Notes: generated from the sequence alone by a model not told the origin. Counted from the stretch's first letter, positions 7,467 to 16,672 are shown. The stretch is DNA of 64,000 bases from an uncultured Acidobacteriaceae bacterium (GCA_963834445.1 CAWIBU010000009.1:928243-992242), one strand, 5' to 3'. Numbers and translations: made by a program.

Positions 7467-9956
7467 ATGGCCACGAAAAATCTCCCAGTGGAACCCCACC
7501 CCGGCACCCTCTCGATTTCACAACGCGACCAGGTCTTTGACGCCTTCCGCCGTTGGGGCCATCTGCAAGCGCAACTCGACCCCCTGGGTCAATACCTGCT
7601 CCCCAAACCCATCCCGGAACTGGACTTCACCGGCCCGGACGCCGAAGAAGCCAAAGGCTATTACAGCGGAACCATCGCAGTGGAGTTCATGCATCTGCCC
7701 GACGCTGCCCGGCGGGAGTGGATCCAGGAGCGCATGGAAGCGCCCGCCCCCGTCCCCGATCAACGCCACATCCTCCAGCGCCTCACCCAGGCCGACCTTT
7801 TTGAACAAGTCATCCAATCCCGCTATCTCGGCACCAAGCGCTTCTCGCTGGAAGGGGTCACCGTCCTGATCCCGTTCCTCGACGAGGTTTTGAATTGCGC
7901 CGCGGAGCATGGCGCAGAGACCGCCGTCATGGGCATGAGCCATCGGGGCCGCTTGAACGTGATGGTGAATACCTTTGGCAAATCTCCAGCCGATATCTTC
8001 TCCAAATTTGAAGACGTCAATCCGCGCAGCATCCTCGGCGGCGGCGACGTGAAGTATCACGTGGGCGCCACCGGCCAATTCGTCAGCCGCGGCGGTGGCG
8101 CCATCAGCCTTCACCTGGTATCGAATCCCAGTCATCTGGAGGCAGTCGATCCAGTCGCCATGGGACGCGCCCGTGCCCGGCAAACCCGTGTGGGCGAGGA
8201 CGGCCAGACCAAAGTGCTCCCGGTCCTGATTCACGGCGATGCGGCCTTCGCCGGTCAGGGCATCTGGGCAGAGACGCTGAACCTGGGCGCGATGCCCGGC
8301 TTCACCGTCGGTGGAACCATCCAGATCATCGTCAACAACCTCATCGGTTTTACCGCCGACCCCGAGGAGTGCTATCCCTCGCGTTTCTCCTCCGACATCG
8401 GCAAGCGTTTGCCCATTCCCATCTTCCACGTGAATGCAGAAGACGCCAACGCCGCCATCCGGGTCGCTGCGCTCGCCGTCGAATACCGGTACACCTTTCA
8501 CACTGACGTGATCATCGATCTGGTCGGGTACCGCCGCCACGGTCACAGTGAGGTCGACGACCCGACCATCACGCAGCCGTTACGCTACGCCAGGATTAAG
8601 AATCACCCACCACTCTACGAAATCTACGCCGAAAAAATCAGCACAGACACCGCCTCCCGGGTCAAGGAGATGCAGGCAGAGCTCGCTGAAGCGCAGAAGC
8701 AAGCCAGGCAGATGACCAAAAGCGCCGTCCTGGCGAAGATGCCGGCTTACTGGTCAAATTACATCGGCGGCCCCTACAAGCTGGAGTACGAGGTCAACAC
8801 CGGCCTCAGCGCCGAAGAGGTCGAGACGATCAGCGACCGTCTTACCACGTATCCGAAACAGTTTCATATCCACGCCAAGATCAAGAAGCTGCTCGAACAG
8901 CGCCGGGAAATGGGGCACAACCAGCGGCTGTTCGATTACGGCATGGCCGAAGCGGTGGCCTTCGGTTCTCTCCTGTTGCAGGGCACGCCCGTTCGTCTCT
9001 GCGGTCAGGACAGCCAGCGTGGCACCTTCAACCAGCGGCACAGCGTACTGGTCGATATCGCCGACGAGCAGCACTATGTTCCGCTGGCTAACCTCGCGCC
9101 CGATCAGGCCCGCTTTGAGGTGTATAACTCCATCCTTTCTGAAGCCGGCGTGCTCGGATTTGAGTATGGCTACAGCCGCGACTATCCCGAAACCCTGGTT
9201 TTGTGGGAAGCCCAATTCGGCGACTTTGCCAACGGCGCGCAGATCATCATCGACCAATTCATCGCCTCGGGTGAAGACAAGTGGGGACTGTTAAGTGGGG
9301 TGGTCATGCTATTGCCGCATGGCTACGAAGGCCAGGGCCCTGAGCATTCCAGCGCCCGCCTGGAGCGCTATCTGCAATTGGCGGCGCACGACAATATTCA
9401 GATCTGCCAGCCCTCTACGGCCGCGCAATACTTTCACCTCTTGCGCCGCCAGGCGATGCGTTCATGGCGCAAGCCACTGATTGTCTTCACGCCCAAGAGC
9501 ATGTTGCGCAATCCCGATGCCAGCTCTGCGGTCGCGGCGTTCGCTTTGCCGCGCTTCCAGAATGTGCTGCCGGAAACAGAAGTGCAGCAGGTCAACCGTC
9601 TGCTGCTCTGCACCGGCAAGATTGGGCACGAGCTGCGCATGGAGCGGGCGAAGCACAAAGACAGCACCACGGGTATTGTCTTCCTCGAGCAACTCTATCC
9701 CTGGCCGGAGGCGGAGCTGACGGCCGAGATTGAACGTCATCCCGAAGCGCGAGAACTGGTTTGGGTTCAGGAAGAGCCTGACAACATGGGCGCGCTCTCG
9801 TTTGTGGTGCCGCGGCTGCGCCGTCTGTTCCCCGAGCGCAGGGTGCTCAGCATCAAGCGTTCGGCGGCAGCCAGCCCGGCAACCGGCTCCGCCAAGGCGC
9901 ACGAGCTCGAACAGAAGACGCTCATCAGCCTGGCTCTGCGAAGCGAAGGCAAATAA
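7467..9956 (+). CDS. sucA: 2-oxoglutarate dehydrogenase E1 component (short form)
   Basis: 829 aa. Contains GYRRHGHSEVDDPTITQP and the E1/transketolase-like domain order. No E2 gene lies adjacent. Confidence 0.9.
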   Translation: MATKNLPVEPHPGTLSISQRDQVFDAFRRWGHLQAQLDPLGQYLLPKPIPELDFTGPDAEEAKGYYSGTIAVEFMHLPDAARREWIQERMEAPAPVPDQRHILQRLTQADLFEQVIQSRYLGTKRFSLEGVTVLIPFLDEVLNCAAEHGAETAVMGMSHRGRLNVMVNTFGKSPADIFSKFEDVNPRSILGGGDVKYHVGATGQFVSRGGGAISLHLVSNPSHLEAVDPVAMGRARARQTRVGEDGQTKVLPVLIHGDAAFAGQGIWAETLNLGAMPGFTVGGTIQIIVNNLIGFTADPEECYPSRFSSDIGKRLPIPIFHVNAEDANAAIRVAALAVEYRYTFHTDVIIDLVGYRRHGHSEVDDPTITQPLRYARIKNHPPLYEIYAEKISTDTASRVKEMQAELAEAQKQARQMTKSAVLAKMPAYWSNYIGGPYKLEYEVNTGLSAEEVETISDRLTTYPKQFHIHAKIKKLLEQRREMGHNQRLFDYGMAEAVAFGSLLLQGTPVRLCGQDSQRGTFNQRHSVLVDIADEQHYVPLANLAPDQARFEVYNSILSEAGVLGFEYGYSRDYPETLVLWEAQFGDFANGAQIIIDQFIASGEDKWGLLSGVVMLLPHGYEGQGPEHSSARLERYLQLAAHDNIQICQPSTAAQYFHLLRRQAMRSWRKPLIVFTPKSMLRNPDASSAVAAFALPRFQNVLPETEVQQVNRLLLCTGKIGHELRMERAKHKDSTTGIVFLEQLYPWPEAELTAEIERHPEARELVWVQEEPDNMGALSFVVPRLRRLFPERRVLSIKRSAAASPATGSAKAHELEQKTLISLALRSEGK

Positions 9957-10523
9957 TCCTCCCGCCTGACTTGCCTGGCGGCAAGTCAAAGATGAAGAGA
10001 ACGCGGAGAGCGCCTGCTTTTAAGTCCGTCCCTCAAACAAATTTGTCATCCCGAGCGGCTGACTTGCCTGCGGCAAGTTAAGGATGGAATGAACGCGGAG
10101 AGCGTTTGCTTTTCAAACCCGTCCCTCAAGCAAATTTGTTCATTGGGAGGAGCCGACTTGCCTGGCGGCAAGTCAAGAGAGGAATGGACGAGCTGAGCGC
10201 TTGCTTTTAAGCCCATCCCTCAAACAAATCTTTAAGCCCATCCCTCAAGCAAATCTTTAAGCCCGTCCCTCAAGCAAATCTTTAAGCCCGTCCCCCAAAC
10301 AAATTTGTCATCCCGACCGGAGCGTAGCGAAGTGGAGGGATCTGCGGTGCGCCTCTCCCCCAAACCAAGGCCCTACGAGTGAGCTCACAAATCCAGCCCC
10401 AGCCATTTTGTTCATTGGGAGGAGCCGACTTGCCTGGTGGCAAGTTAAGGGAGGAATGAACGGGGAGAGCGCTTGCTTCTAAGCCCGTCCCCCAAGCAAA
10501 TTTGTCATCCCGACCGTAGCGTA

Positions 10524-10628
10524 CCCGAATTCCTGTTTCGCCATGTCAGACAGATCCACGTGTGCGGCTTTCATTAAGGAAAGCCGCATGAGGTTCGCAA
10601 GCGCCATCAACTTCGACAGGAATTCGGG
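10524..10628 (+). mobile_element. MITE-like element B, copy 3
   Basis: TIRs at 10524-10536 and 10616-10628. Flanks GTAGCGTA and GGAGCGAA match at 6 of 8 positions. Confidence 0.6.
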
Positions 10629-10853
10629 GGAGCGAAGTGGAGGGACCTGCTGTGCGCCTTTCCCCCAAACCAAGGCCCTACGAGTGAGCTCACAAATCCA
10701 GCCCCAGCCATTTTGTTCATTAGGAGGAGCCGACTTGCCTGGTGGCAAGTTAAGGGAGGAATGAACGGGGAGAGCGCTTGCTTTTAAGCCCATCCCTCAA
10801 GCAAATTTTTAAGCCCGTCCCCCAAGCAAATTTGTCATCCCGACCGTAGCGTA

Positions 10854-10958
10854 CCCGAATTCCTGTTTCGCCATGTCGGAGAGATCCACGTGTGCGGCTT
10901 TCATTAAGGAAAGCCGCATGAGGTTCGCAAGCGCCATCAACTTCGACAGGAATTCGGG
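10854..10958 (+). mobile_element. MITE-like element B, copy 4 (lies in the second unit of the 330-bp tandem duplication)
   Basis: TIRs at 10854-10866 and 10946-10958. Nearly identical to copy 3. Confidence 0.6.
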
Positions 10959-11071
10959 GGAGCGCAGTGGAGGGATCTGCGGTGCGCCTCTCCCCCAAAC
11001 CAAGGCCCTACAAGTGAGCTCGCAAATCCTGCCCCCGCAATTTTGCTTTTATCAGCCCACAAGACCTCATC

Positions 11072-11101
11072 TTGACTCGGTCAGGCAATTAGTTGAATAC
11101 T
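11072..11101 (+). promoter_or_regulatory. Candidate sigma70-type promoter upstream of the NRPS-like gene
   Basis: TTGACT (11072-11077), an 18-nt spacer, then AATACT (11096-11101). This is the first unique sequence after the repeat array, about 160 nt upstream of the ATG. Confidence 0.25.
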
Positions 11102-11258
11102 CGGAACGCACGGAAGCTCCGCTTCGCTGAGCTCTCAGCCAAAATTGAGTGGCTTCCCCCACCACGCGCCAGGTGCAACAAGGATGCAGCCCCCGGAGCT
11201 CCTTTGCATCAGAGGTACTTAAACTCCCCTCCCAGTTCGCTGGAGTGGCTGGAGACAC

Positions 11259-13805
11259 TTGATGTGTTTGCTGCAGTGGTTTGAACAAAGAGCCTCCGCT
11301 GTTCCCGATGGCCTCGCGGTTGCCTGCGACAGTCGAACAGTCTCTTACCGCCAACTCCACCTGCTCGCCGAGCAAATCGCCTGTGAACTGAAGAAGGCAG
11401 GTGTCGCCCCGGGAATCCTGGTTGGCGTTCTCCTCGACCGATCTCCGGAAATGGTGGCCGCGCTACTAGCCATATGGAAAGCTGGCGGGGCGTATGTCCC
11501 GCTCGATCCGGCCGCTCCTCCCGACCGTTGGACGTTCCTGTTGCAGGACGCCGCTCCCAGTGTGGTCATCAGCCAGAAACGCTTTCGCGGCAGCCTGGGC
11601 CAGAGCGCAGCGCCCATCCTGGACCTGGAAGATCTTTGTGCCGGCCCAGCCAACAGCTCTTCGCGCGAAGCCATCGCAAGCCCGGCCCCGGATGACAGCC
11701 TGGCCTACGTGATCTACACCTCTGGTTCCACCGGGAAGCCCAAAGGAGCAAGAATCTCCCACCGCAGCCTTGCTAATACAGTCGAGGCCATTGCCCATGA
11801 CCTGATGCTGCAAGCCGAGGATATCGTCCTCGCCTGGTCCACCATTTCCTTTGATGTGGCCTGTCTCGAGCTTTATCTGCCGCTCGCCCGTGGCGCCAGC
11901 ATCTACCTCGCTGAACAGGATGCAGCGACCGGCGGGTCAAGGCTGCAGCAGGTGCTCCAGTCGCGGGCGACGGTGATGCTGGGCACGCCTACCATCTATC
12001 GCCTGCTGCTCGAAGAGGGATGGCAAGGCGATGCGCGCATGCAACTCGTCGCCGGCGGCGAGGTGCTGCCCTTGGCGTTGGCCCGCGACCTGGCCGGTAA
12101 ATGCCATGCTCTTTGGAATCAATACGGACCCACCGAAACCGCCATCTGCGCGACGCGCGAAAGAATCGACCCCTCCGTCGACAAGGTCACAATCGGCCGC
12201 CCCCTGCCGAACGTTCAGCTGCATCTCCTCGATAAAGGCCTGCAGCCGGTGCCACCGGGCTCGATCGGCGAGATCTTCATCGGCGGTGTCGGCGTGGCCC
12301 GCGGTTACCTCAATCGCCCCGATCTGACCCGCAGCTGCTTTCTCCCTGACCCGTTTGCGAAAGGCGCCCAGGGATTGCTCTACAAAACCGGCGATCTTGC
12401 CATCCAGTTGGCGGACGGCCGCTTCGATTTTCTCGGGCGCGTCGACGGGCAGGTCAAGATTCGCGGGTTTCGCGTCGAAACCGGCGAGGTGGAATCAGCG
12501 TTGCGGCGATGCAGCGGGGTCCAGGACGCCGTGGTCCGGGCCATCGAACTGGAACCGGGCGACCGCCGCTTAGTCGCGTTCGTGACCAGTGACGAGCAGC
12601 GCCGGGAGAAGGAATGGAGGCAAGCCCTCAGGAGCCAGCTGCCTGCTTACATGGTGCCTTCTGAATTCGTCATCCTGCGCCATTTTCCAGCCACCCGCAA
12701 TGGTAAGGTGGATCTCCAGGCTCTGGACGCGATGCGGCTCAAGGCCGCAAAACGCAATTCGTCTCTAGCTGTTTGCCCAGTCGATCCGGTGGAAGTATGG
12801 CTTCAGGCAAGCTTCGCTCGATTGCTCAAGATCGAGACGGTCGGCATCCACGATGACTTTTTTGCGCTGGGAGGTCACTCCCTGCTGGCCGCCCGCCTGT
12901 TGACCCAGATAGAGCAGCGCTTCGGCTGCAAGCTCCCACACGCAGTCCTGGTGGAACATGCAACTACCCACGGGCTGGCTGCCTACCTGCGCAAGAAGCC
13001 CAGCAGTCACTGGCCCGCACTGGTGACCATTCAGGCCGGCGCCCACCTGGCGCCGCTCTTCATCGCCCACGGCGTAGGCGGAAGCCTGCTCAGCTTTAAA
13101 GAGCTGGCCGCCCAACTGGGATCGGATCGGCCCGTCTATGGTCTCCAGCTACCGGCGTTCATTGAACCGCATCAAGCAGACTTGACTGCCCTCGCGGCGA
13201 ATTACCTGCGGCAGATACGCACGCTGCAGCCATCCGGCCCCTACCACCTTGCCGGACATTCCTCGGGTGGCCTGGTGGTCTACGAGATGGCTTGTCAGCT
13301 TCAGGAGCAGGGCGAAACGGTTGGCCTTCTGGCGCTACTGGATTGTGATCCGGAGACGGGCAAGCCGGCGCCGCCCTTGCGCGGTTCGTGGAAGCTTGTC
13401 CTTCAGCGCGCCCGGTTCCGCCTGCGTGACCTGGGATGGAAAGAGGTGCTGCGCCGACGGGTGATCTACCAACGGTTAAAGATCCGCGCCGGGCTGGCAG
13501 CCAGATCGCGCCGCGCCGGCAGATCCGGTGGCCCCGTTCCCGCCGAAGGCCACCTCGCTCTGGCTTTTCGGGAATGCACCTTGAAAAACTATATTGGCGA
13601 TGCAACCCTGTTCATCGCTGCAAATGAGGCGCCTTCCCCGGTTCCTTCCGCAAGGGCGTGGCAGCGCAGGATCCTCGGCGTCTGCGAGAAGCGCACCGTC
13701 CCGGGAAACCACATGACCATGCTGACCCACCCGCATGTCATTCCGCTGGCCCGGGAAATGGCCCAGCGGATGGCGTCACGGGAGCCGGTAAGCGTACTGG
13801 CCTGA
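11259..13805 (+). CDS. Stand-alone NRPS-like protein: adenylation, PCP and thioesterase domains, with no condensation domain
   Basis: A-domain motifs YVIYTSGSTGKPKG, NQYGPTETAICAT, YKTGDLA and GRVDGQVKIRGFRVE. PCP motif FFALGGHSLLAARL. TE motifs LAGHSSGGLVVYEM and GNHMTM. Confidence 0.9.
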   Translation: MMCLLQWFEQRASAVPDGLAVACDSRTVSYRQLHLLAEQIACELKKAGVAPGILVGVLLDRSPEMVAALLAIWKAGGAYVPLDPAAPPDRWTFLLQDAAPSVVISQKRFRGSLGQSAAPILDLEDLCAGPANSSSREAIASPAPDDSLAYVIYTSGSTGKPKGARISHRSLANTVEAIAHDLMLQAEDIVLAWSTISFDVACLELYLPLARGASIYLAEQDAATGGSRLQQVLQSRATVMLGTPTIYRLLLEEGWQGDARMQLVAGGEVLPLALARDLAGKCHALWNQYGPTETAICATRERIDPSVDKVTIGRPLPNVQLHLLDKGLQPVPPGSIGEIFIGGVGVARGYLNRPDLTRSCFLPDPFAKGAQGLLYKTGDLAIQLADGRFDFLGRVDGQVKIRGFRVETGEVESALRRCSGVQDAVVRAIELEPGDRRLVAFVTSDEQRREKEWRQALRSQLPAYMVPSEFVILRHFPATRNGKVDLQALDAMRLKAAKRNSSLAVCPVDPVEVWLQASFARLLKIETVGIHDDFFALGGHSLLAARLLTQIEQRFGCKLPHAVLVEHATTHGLAAYLRKKPSSHWPALVTIQAGAHLAPLFIAHGVGGSLLSFKELAAQLGSDRPVYGLQLPAFIEPHQADLTALAANYLRQIRTLQPSGPYHLAGHSSGGLVVYEMACQLQEQGETVGLLALLDCDPETGKPAPPLRGSWKLVLQRARFRLRDLGWKEVLRRRVIYQRLKIRAGLAARSRRAGRSGGPVPAEGHLALAFRECTLKNYIGDATLFIAANEAPSPVPSARAWQRRILGVCEKRTVPGNHMTMLTHPHVIPLAREMAQRMASREPVSVLA

Positions 13806-14540
13806 TCAGGAAAGAAAACTGCGACAGGTAAGCCGGGCTCTCTTCTGCAAAGTCGCCAGTGCGCCAATGGTTCCCGGCGCCGGCGACACATCATGAAGAT
13901 TCCATGGATGGAGAAAATTTTCTCGCGTGCCCAGTAGCTTCGCCGGCGCATCCGGCAACAAAGAGACATCAAACCCATCGAGCGTGCGCTGCAGACCGAC
14001 GCCCTCCGCCTTCAGAATCGCTTCCTTGCGCGTCCAGCAGCGATAGAAGCCGCCCAGCCATGCGTCGCCGTGCAAGCTGCTGAGGTCTGACAGTTCTGCA
14101 ACTGAAAAGTGCGCGGCAGCAACTTCTGCTTCGATCGGCCTCACGTCTTCCACATCTACGCCGATTTCTTCATCGAGCGTTACTGCCAGAACGGCGATGG
14201 TCTGACTGTGGCTCAGACTGAATTGAAGAGAGGAAGAGGCATCCTCACCGTTTAGTTGGGGTTTGCCAAAGCGATTGACGGCGAAGTGAATGTCTTCGGG
14301 AGAGCGGTGAAGGTACGCCCCAAGAATTCTGCGCAGGTTCGCATGGGTCAAGGTGTAACGGGCGCGATCCTCAGCAAAATGAAAAGCCCGCATGCGCTGC
14401 AGTTCTGTGTCGTCGAGAAGTGCGACATGGGGTGTCAGCTCTTCCTGAATTGCATCGAGCGACCATCCCCAGAGATGTATCTCGGCAGCGGCGATCGTTC
14501 CGCAAACGCGCGCACCGGGCCACCAAAGTGTCAGATCCAC
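13806..14540 (-). CDS. Sfp-type 4'-phosphopantetheinyl transferase
   Basis: Motifs IGVDVEDVRP and WTRKEAILKAEG. Its stop codon directly abuts the NRPS-like stop, forming TGATCA. Confidence 0.88.
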   Translation of the reverse strand: MDLTLWWPGARVCGTIAAAEIHLWGWSLDAIQEELTPHVALLDDTELQRMRAFHFAEDRARYTLTHANLRRILGAYLHRSPEDIHFAVNRFGKPQLNGEDASSSLQFSLSHSQTIAVLAVTLDEEIGVDVEDVRPIEAEVAAAHFSVAELSDLSSLHGDAWLGGFYRCWTRKEAILKAEGVGLQRTLDGFDVSLLPDAPAKLLGTRENFLHPWNLHDVSPAPGTIGALATLQKRARLTCRSFLS

Positions 14541-14797
14541 ATCAATTCAAGTTGGCGCAGTTTATTGGCCAGGAAGGCGACGTCACGCGCACTCACATCT
14601 TCCGATTCCGCACGTGCGATCTCGTGCTGCAAAAAATTGAAGGCGGGTTGCAGTTCTGCCGGGAAGTCGTCGCTGCGCAAGCCGCGCAGATTCTCCCAAG
14701 CCTGCAGAAGGAGAGTGCGGTCGCCCGCTTGCGCCTCGTCATTCGCTAGCAGCGACGCGGCACGCCGAAGTCTTTCGTGAGCATCCAGTTTGGTCAT
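14531..14797 (-). CDS. Hypothetical small helical protein (88 aa), translationally coupled to the PPTase
   Basis: The ORF overlaps the PPTase start by 10 nt. No motif recognised; it is not MbtH-like. Confidence 0.45.
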   Translation of the reverse strand: MTKLDAHERLRRAASLLANDEAQAGDRTLLLQAWENLRGLRSDDFPAELQPAFNFLQHEIARAESEDVSARDVAFLANKLRQLELMWI

Positions 14798-14904
14798 GGG
14801 TAGTAAAGTGTGACACGAAACAGGTAAAAGTATCTACCACTGCATTGCGCTGCACGTGGCGTTCGCGCCATGCTGGGAACACTATAATAAAACGAGGTCA
14901 GGCG

Positions 14905-15537
14905 ATGAAAACAACTTTCAACGCAGCCAGGCCAGATCAGAATTTTCGTTCAGCGCTGGCCGAGTACGTGCGTACGCAGGCACTGCCTGTGGATAAGCTG
15001 GGACATCAGCCGCGCCTCTATGCGTTGACCCAACTCGTCGGCGAGGGCCAGGCTTACGACGATGACGTGGTCTACGCTGCCGCCTGGCTTCACGACCTCG
15101 GCGTATTCATCGGCCATCGCCCCGAAGATCCCGTCCAACTCGCGGGATGGGACAACGTCAGCTACGCCATGAAGCACACACCCGCAGCTCTCGCCGCCGC
15201 CGGCTTCCCTACAACGAAAGTTGCAGCCGTGGTAGAAGCCATCCGCACCCATCAGCCGCATCTGACTCCGACCTCGGTAGAAGGTACGATTCTGCGCGAC
15301 GCAGATATTCTTGAGCAGTTGGGCGCAATCGGCATCCTACGAGTGACGGCAAAGATCGGCAGGGATACGCGATACCCCACTTTCACCAATGCGGCCGCGA
15401 CGTTGCGCAAGAGCCTGGCAGATTTGCCCGGCCAACTTCGTCTGGATACAGCGAAGACGCTCGCGCGGCCAAGAATCGCCCTGCTCGATGCTTTTCTGCA
15501 CGAACTGGATCAAGAGACCCAAAATGGTCTCTATTAA
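14905..15537 (+). CDS. HD-domain phosphohydrolase
   Basis: Motif AAWLHDLGVF. I prefer the ATG at 14905 (MKTTFNAA), which is preceded by GAGG. A TATAAT lies at 14883-14888. Confidence 0.75.
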   Translation: MKTTFNAARPDQNFRSALAEYVRTQALPVDKLGHQPRLYALTQLVGEGQAYDDDVVYAAAWLHDLGVFIGHRPEDPVQLAGWDNVSYAMKHTPAALAAAGFPTTKVAAVVEAIRTHQPHLTPTSVEGTILRDADILEQLGAIGILRVTAKIGRDTRYPTFTNAAATLRKSLADLPGQLRLDTAKTLARPRIALLDAFLHELDQETQNGLY

Positions 15538-15682
15538 TAGTCGTCCCACCGTGGTTACCGATGATGTTCCAGAGTCGGAAAGCCGGTTGTGGATGTGAGA
15601 AACTAACGGTTGCTGCGGCATTCCATCCATGGCCTTTTCCGGTTCGGCCGGCCGACGGCATAAAGCATTGGGGGCCTGTTCA

Positions 15683-16672
15683 ATGAAGTTGAAAAACGCC
15701 AAAGTAGTGGTGTGCGGAGCCGGCGGTTTTATCGGCGGACATCTGGTTAAGAGCCTGCTGGACAACGGAGCCAACGTCATTCGCGCGGTCGACGTAAAGC
15801 CGCTTGACGAGTGGTATCAAACCTCGCCCGGTGTCACCAATCTTTCTCTGGACTTGAAAGACAAAGACAATTGCATGGAAACGGCCCAGGGCGCGGAAGT
15901 CGTCTTCCAGCTCGCCGCCGACATGGGCGGCATGGGCTTTATCGAAAACAATAAGGCCCTGTGCATGTTGAGCGTGCTAACCAATACGCACATGCTGATG
16001 GCTGCGCGCGAAAAAGGAGTGGGGCGCTTCTTCTATGCTTCTTCCGCCTGCGTATACAACGGCGACAAGCAGAAGACTCCCGATGTCGTCGCGCTCAAGG
16101 AAGAGGATGCTTATCCTGCGCTGCCCGAAGATGGCTACGGCTGGGAGAAGCTGTTCAGCGAGCGCATGTGCCGCCACTTCGAAGAGGATTTCGGCCTGCA
16201 GTGCCGCGTAGCCCGCTACCACAATGTCTACGGCCCGCTCGGTACCTGGACCGGAGGACGTGAGAAGGCGCCCGCCGCCATTTGCCGCAAAGTGATTGAG
16301 GCCAAGGCCTCGGGCAAGCATGAAATTGAAATCTGGGGCGACGGCAAACAGACCCGCAGCTTCATGTACATCGATGACTGCACCAAGGGGTCGCAGGCCA
16401 TTCTCGAAAGCGAAATTCACGAGCCCATCAATTTGGGCAGCAGTGAACTGGTGACCATTAACCAGCTAGTTGATATCGCCGAAGGCATTGCCGGCATCAA
16501 GCTCGATCGCAAATACAACCTGGGAGCGCCCAAAGGCGTCAACGGACGGAATAGCGATAACACCAAGATCCTTGAGTATCTTGGCTGGGAACCGTCGATC
16601 CGTTTGAAAGCCGGCCTGGCAAAAACCTATGCCTGGATCGAGAGCGAAATGATGGCGGTATCCAAATCGTAA
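15683..16672 (+). CDS. GDP-mannose 3,5-epimerase-like SDR (NAD-dependent epimerase)
   Basis: VCGAGGFIGGHLV, LAADMGGMGFI, FFYASSACVY and YHNVYGPLGTWTGGREKAPAAICRK closely follow the plant GME sequence as I remember it. Start taken at MKLKNAK. Confidence 0.8.
   Translation: MKLKNAKVVVCGAGGFIGGHLVKSLLDNGANVIRAVDVKPLDEWYQTSPGVTNLSLDLKDKDNCMETAQGAEVVFQLAADMGGMGFIENNKALCMLSVLTNTHMLMAAREKGVGRFFYASSACVYNGDKQKTPDVVALKEEDAYPALPEDGYGWEKLFSERMCRHFEEDFGLQCRVARYHNVYGPLGTWTGGREKAPAAICRKVIEAKASGKHEIEIWGDGKQTRSFMYIDDCTKGSQAILESEIHEPINLGSSELVTINQLVDIAEGIAGIKLDRKYNLGAPKGVNGRNSDNTKILEYLGWEPSIRLKAGLAKTYAWIESEMMAVSKS

Larger units (their letters stand above)
9962..11045 (+). repeat. 1.1-kb array of repeat modules (5 D, 3 A, 2 B, 4 tandem 25-bp units, and a 330-bp tandem duplication)
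   Basis: See findings. D hairpin stems start at 9968, 10061, 10155, 10427 and 10732. The 25-bp units span 10206-10305. The duplication is 10481-10810 versus 10811-~11045. Confidence 0.9.

Noticed and set aside
9962-11045. Possible CRISPR array, given the many short direct repeats.
   Set aside because: There is no alternation of a constant repeat with unique spacers, because everything between the repeats is itself repeated. The units are 25, ~75, 105 and 330 bp. There are no cas genes in the window.
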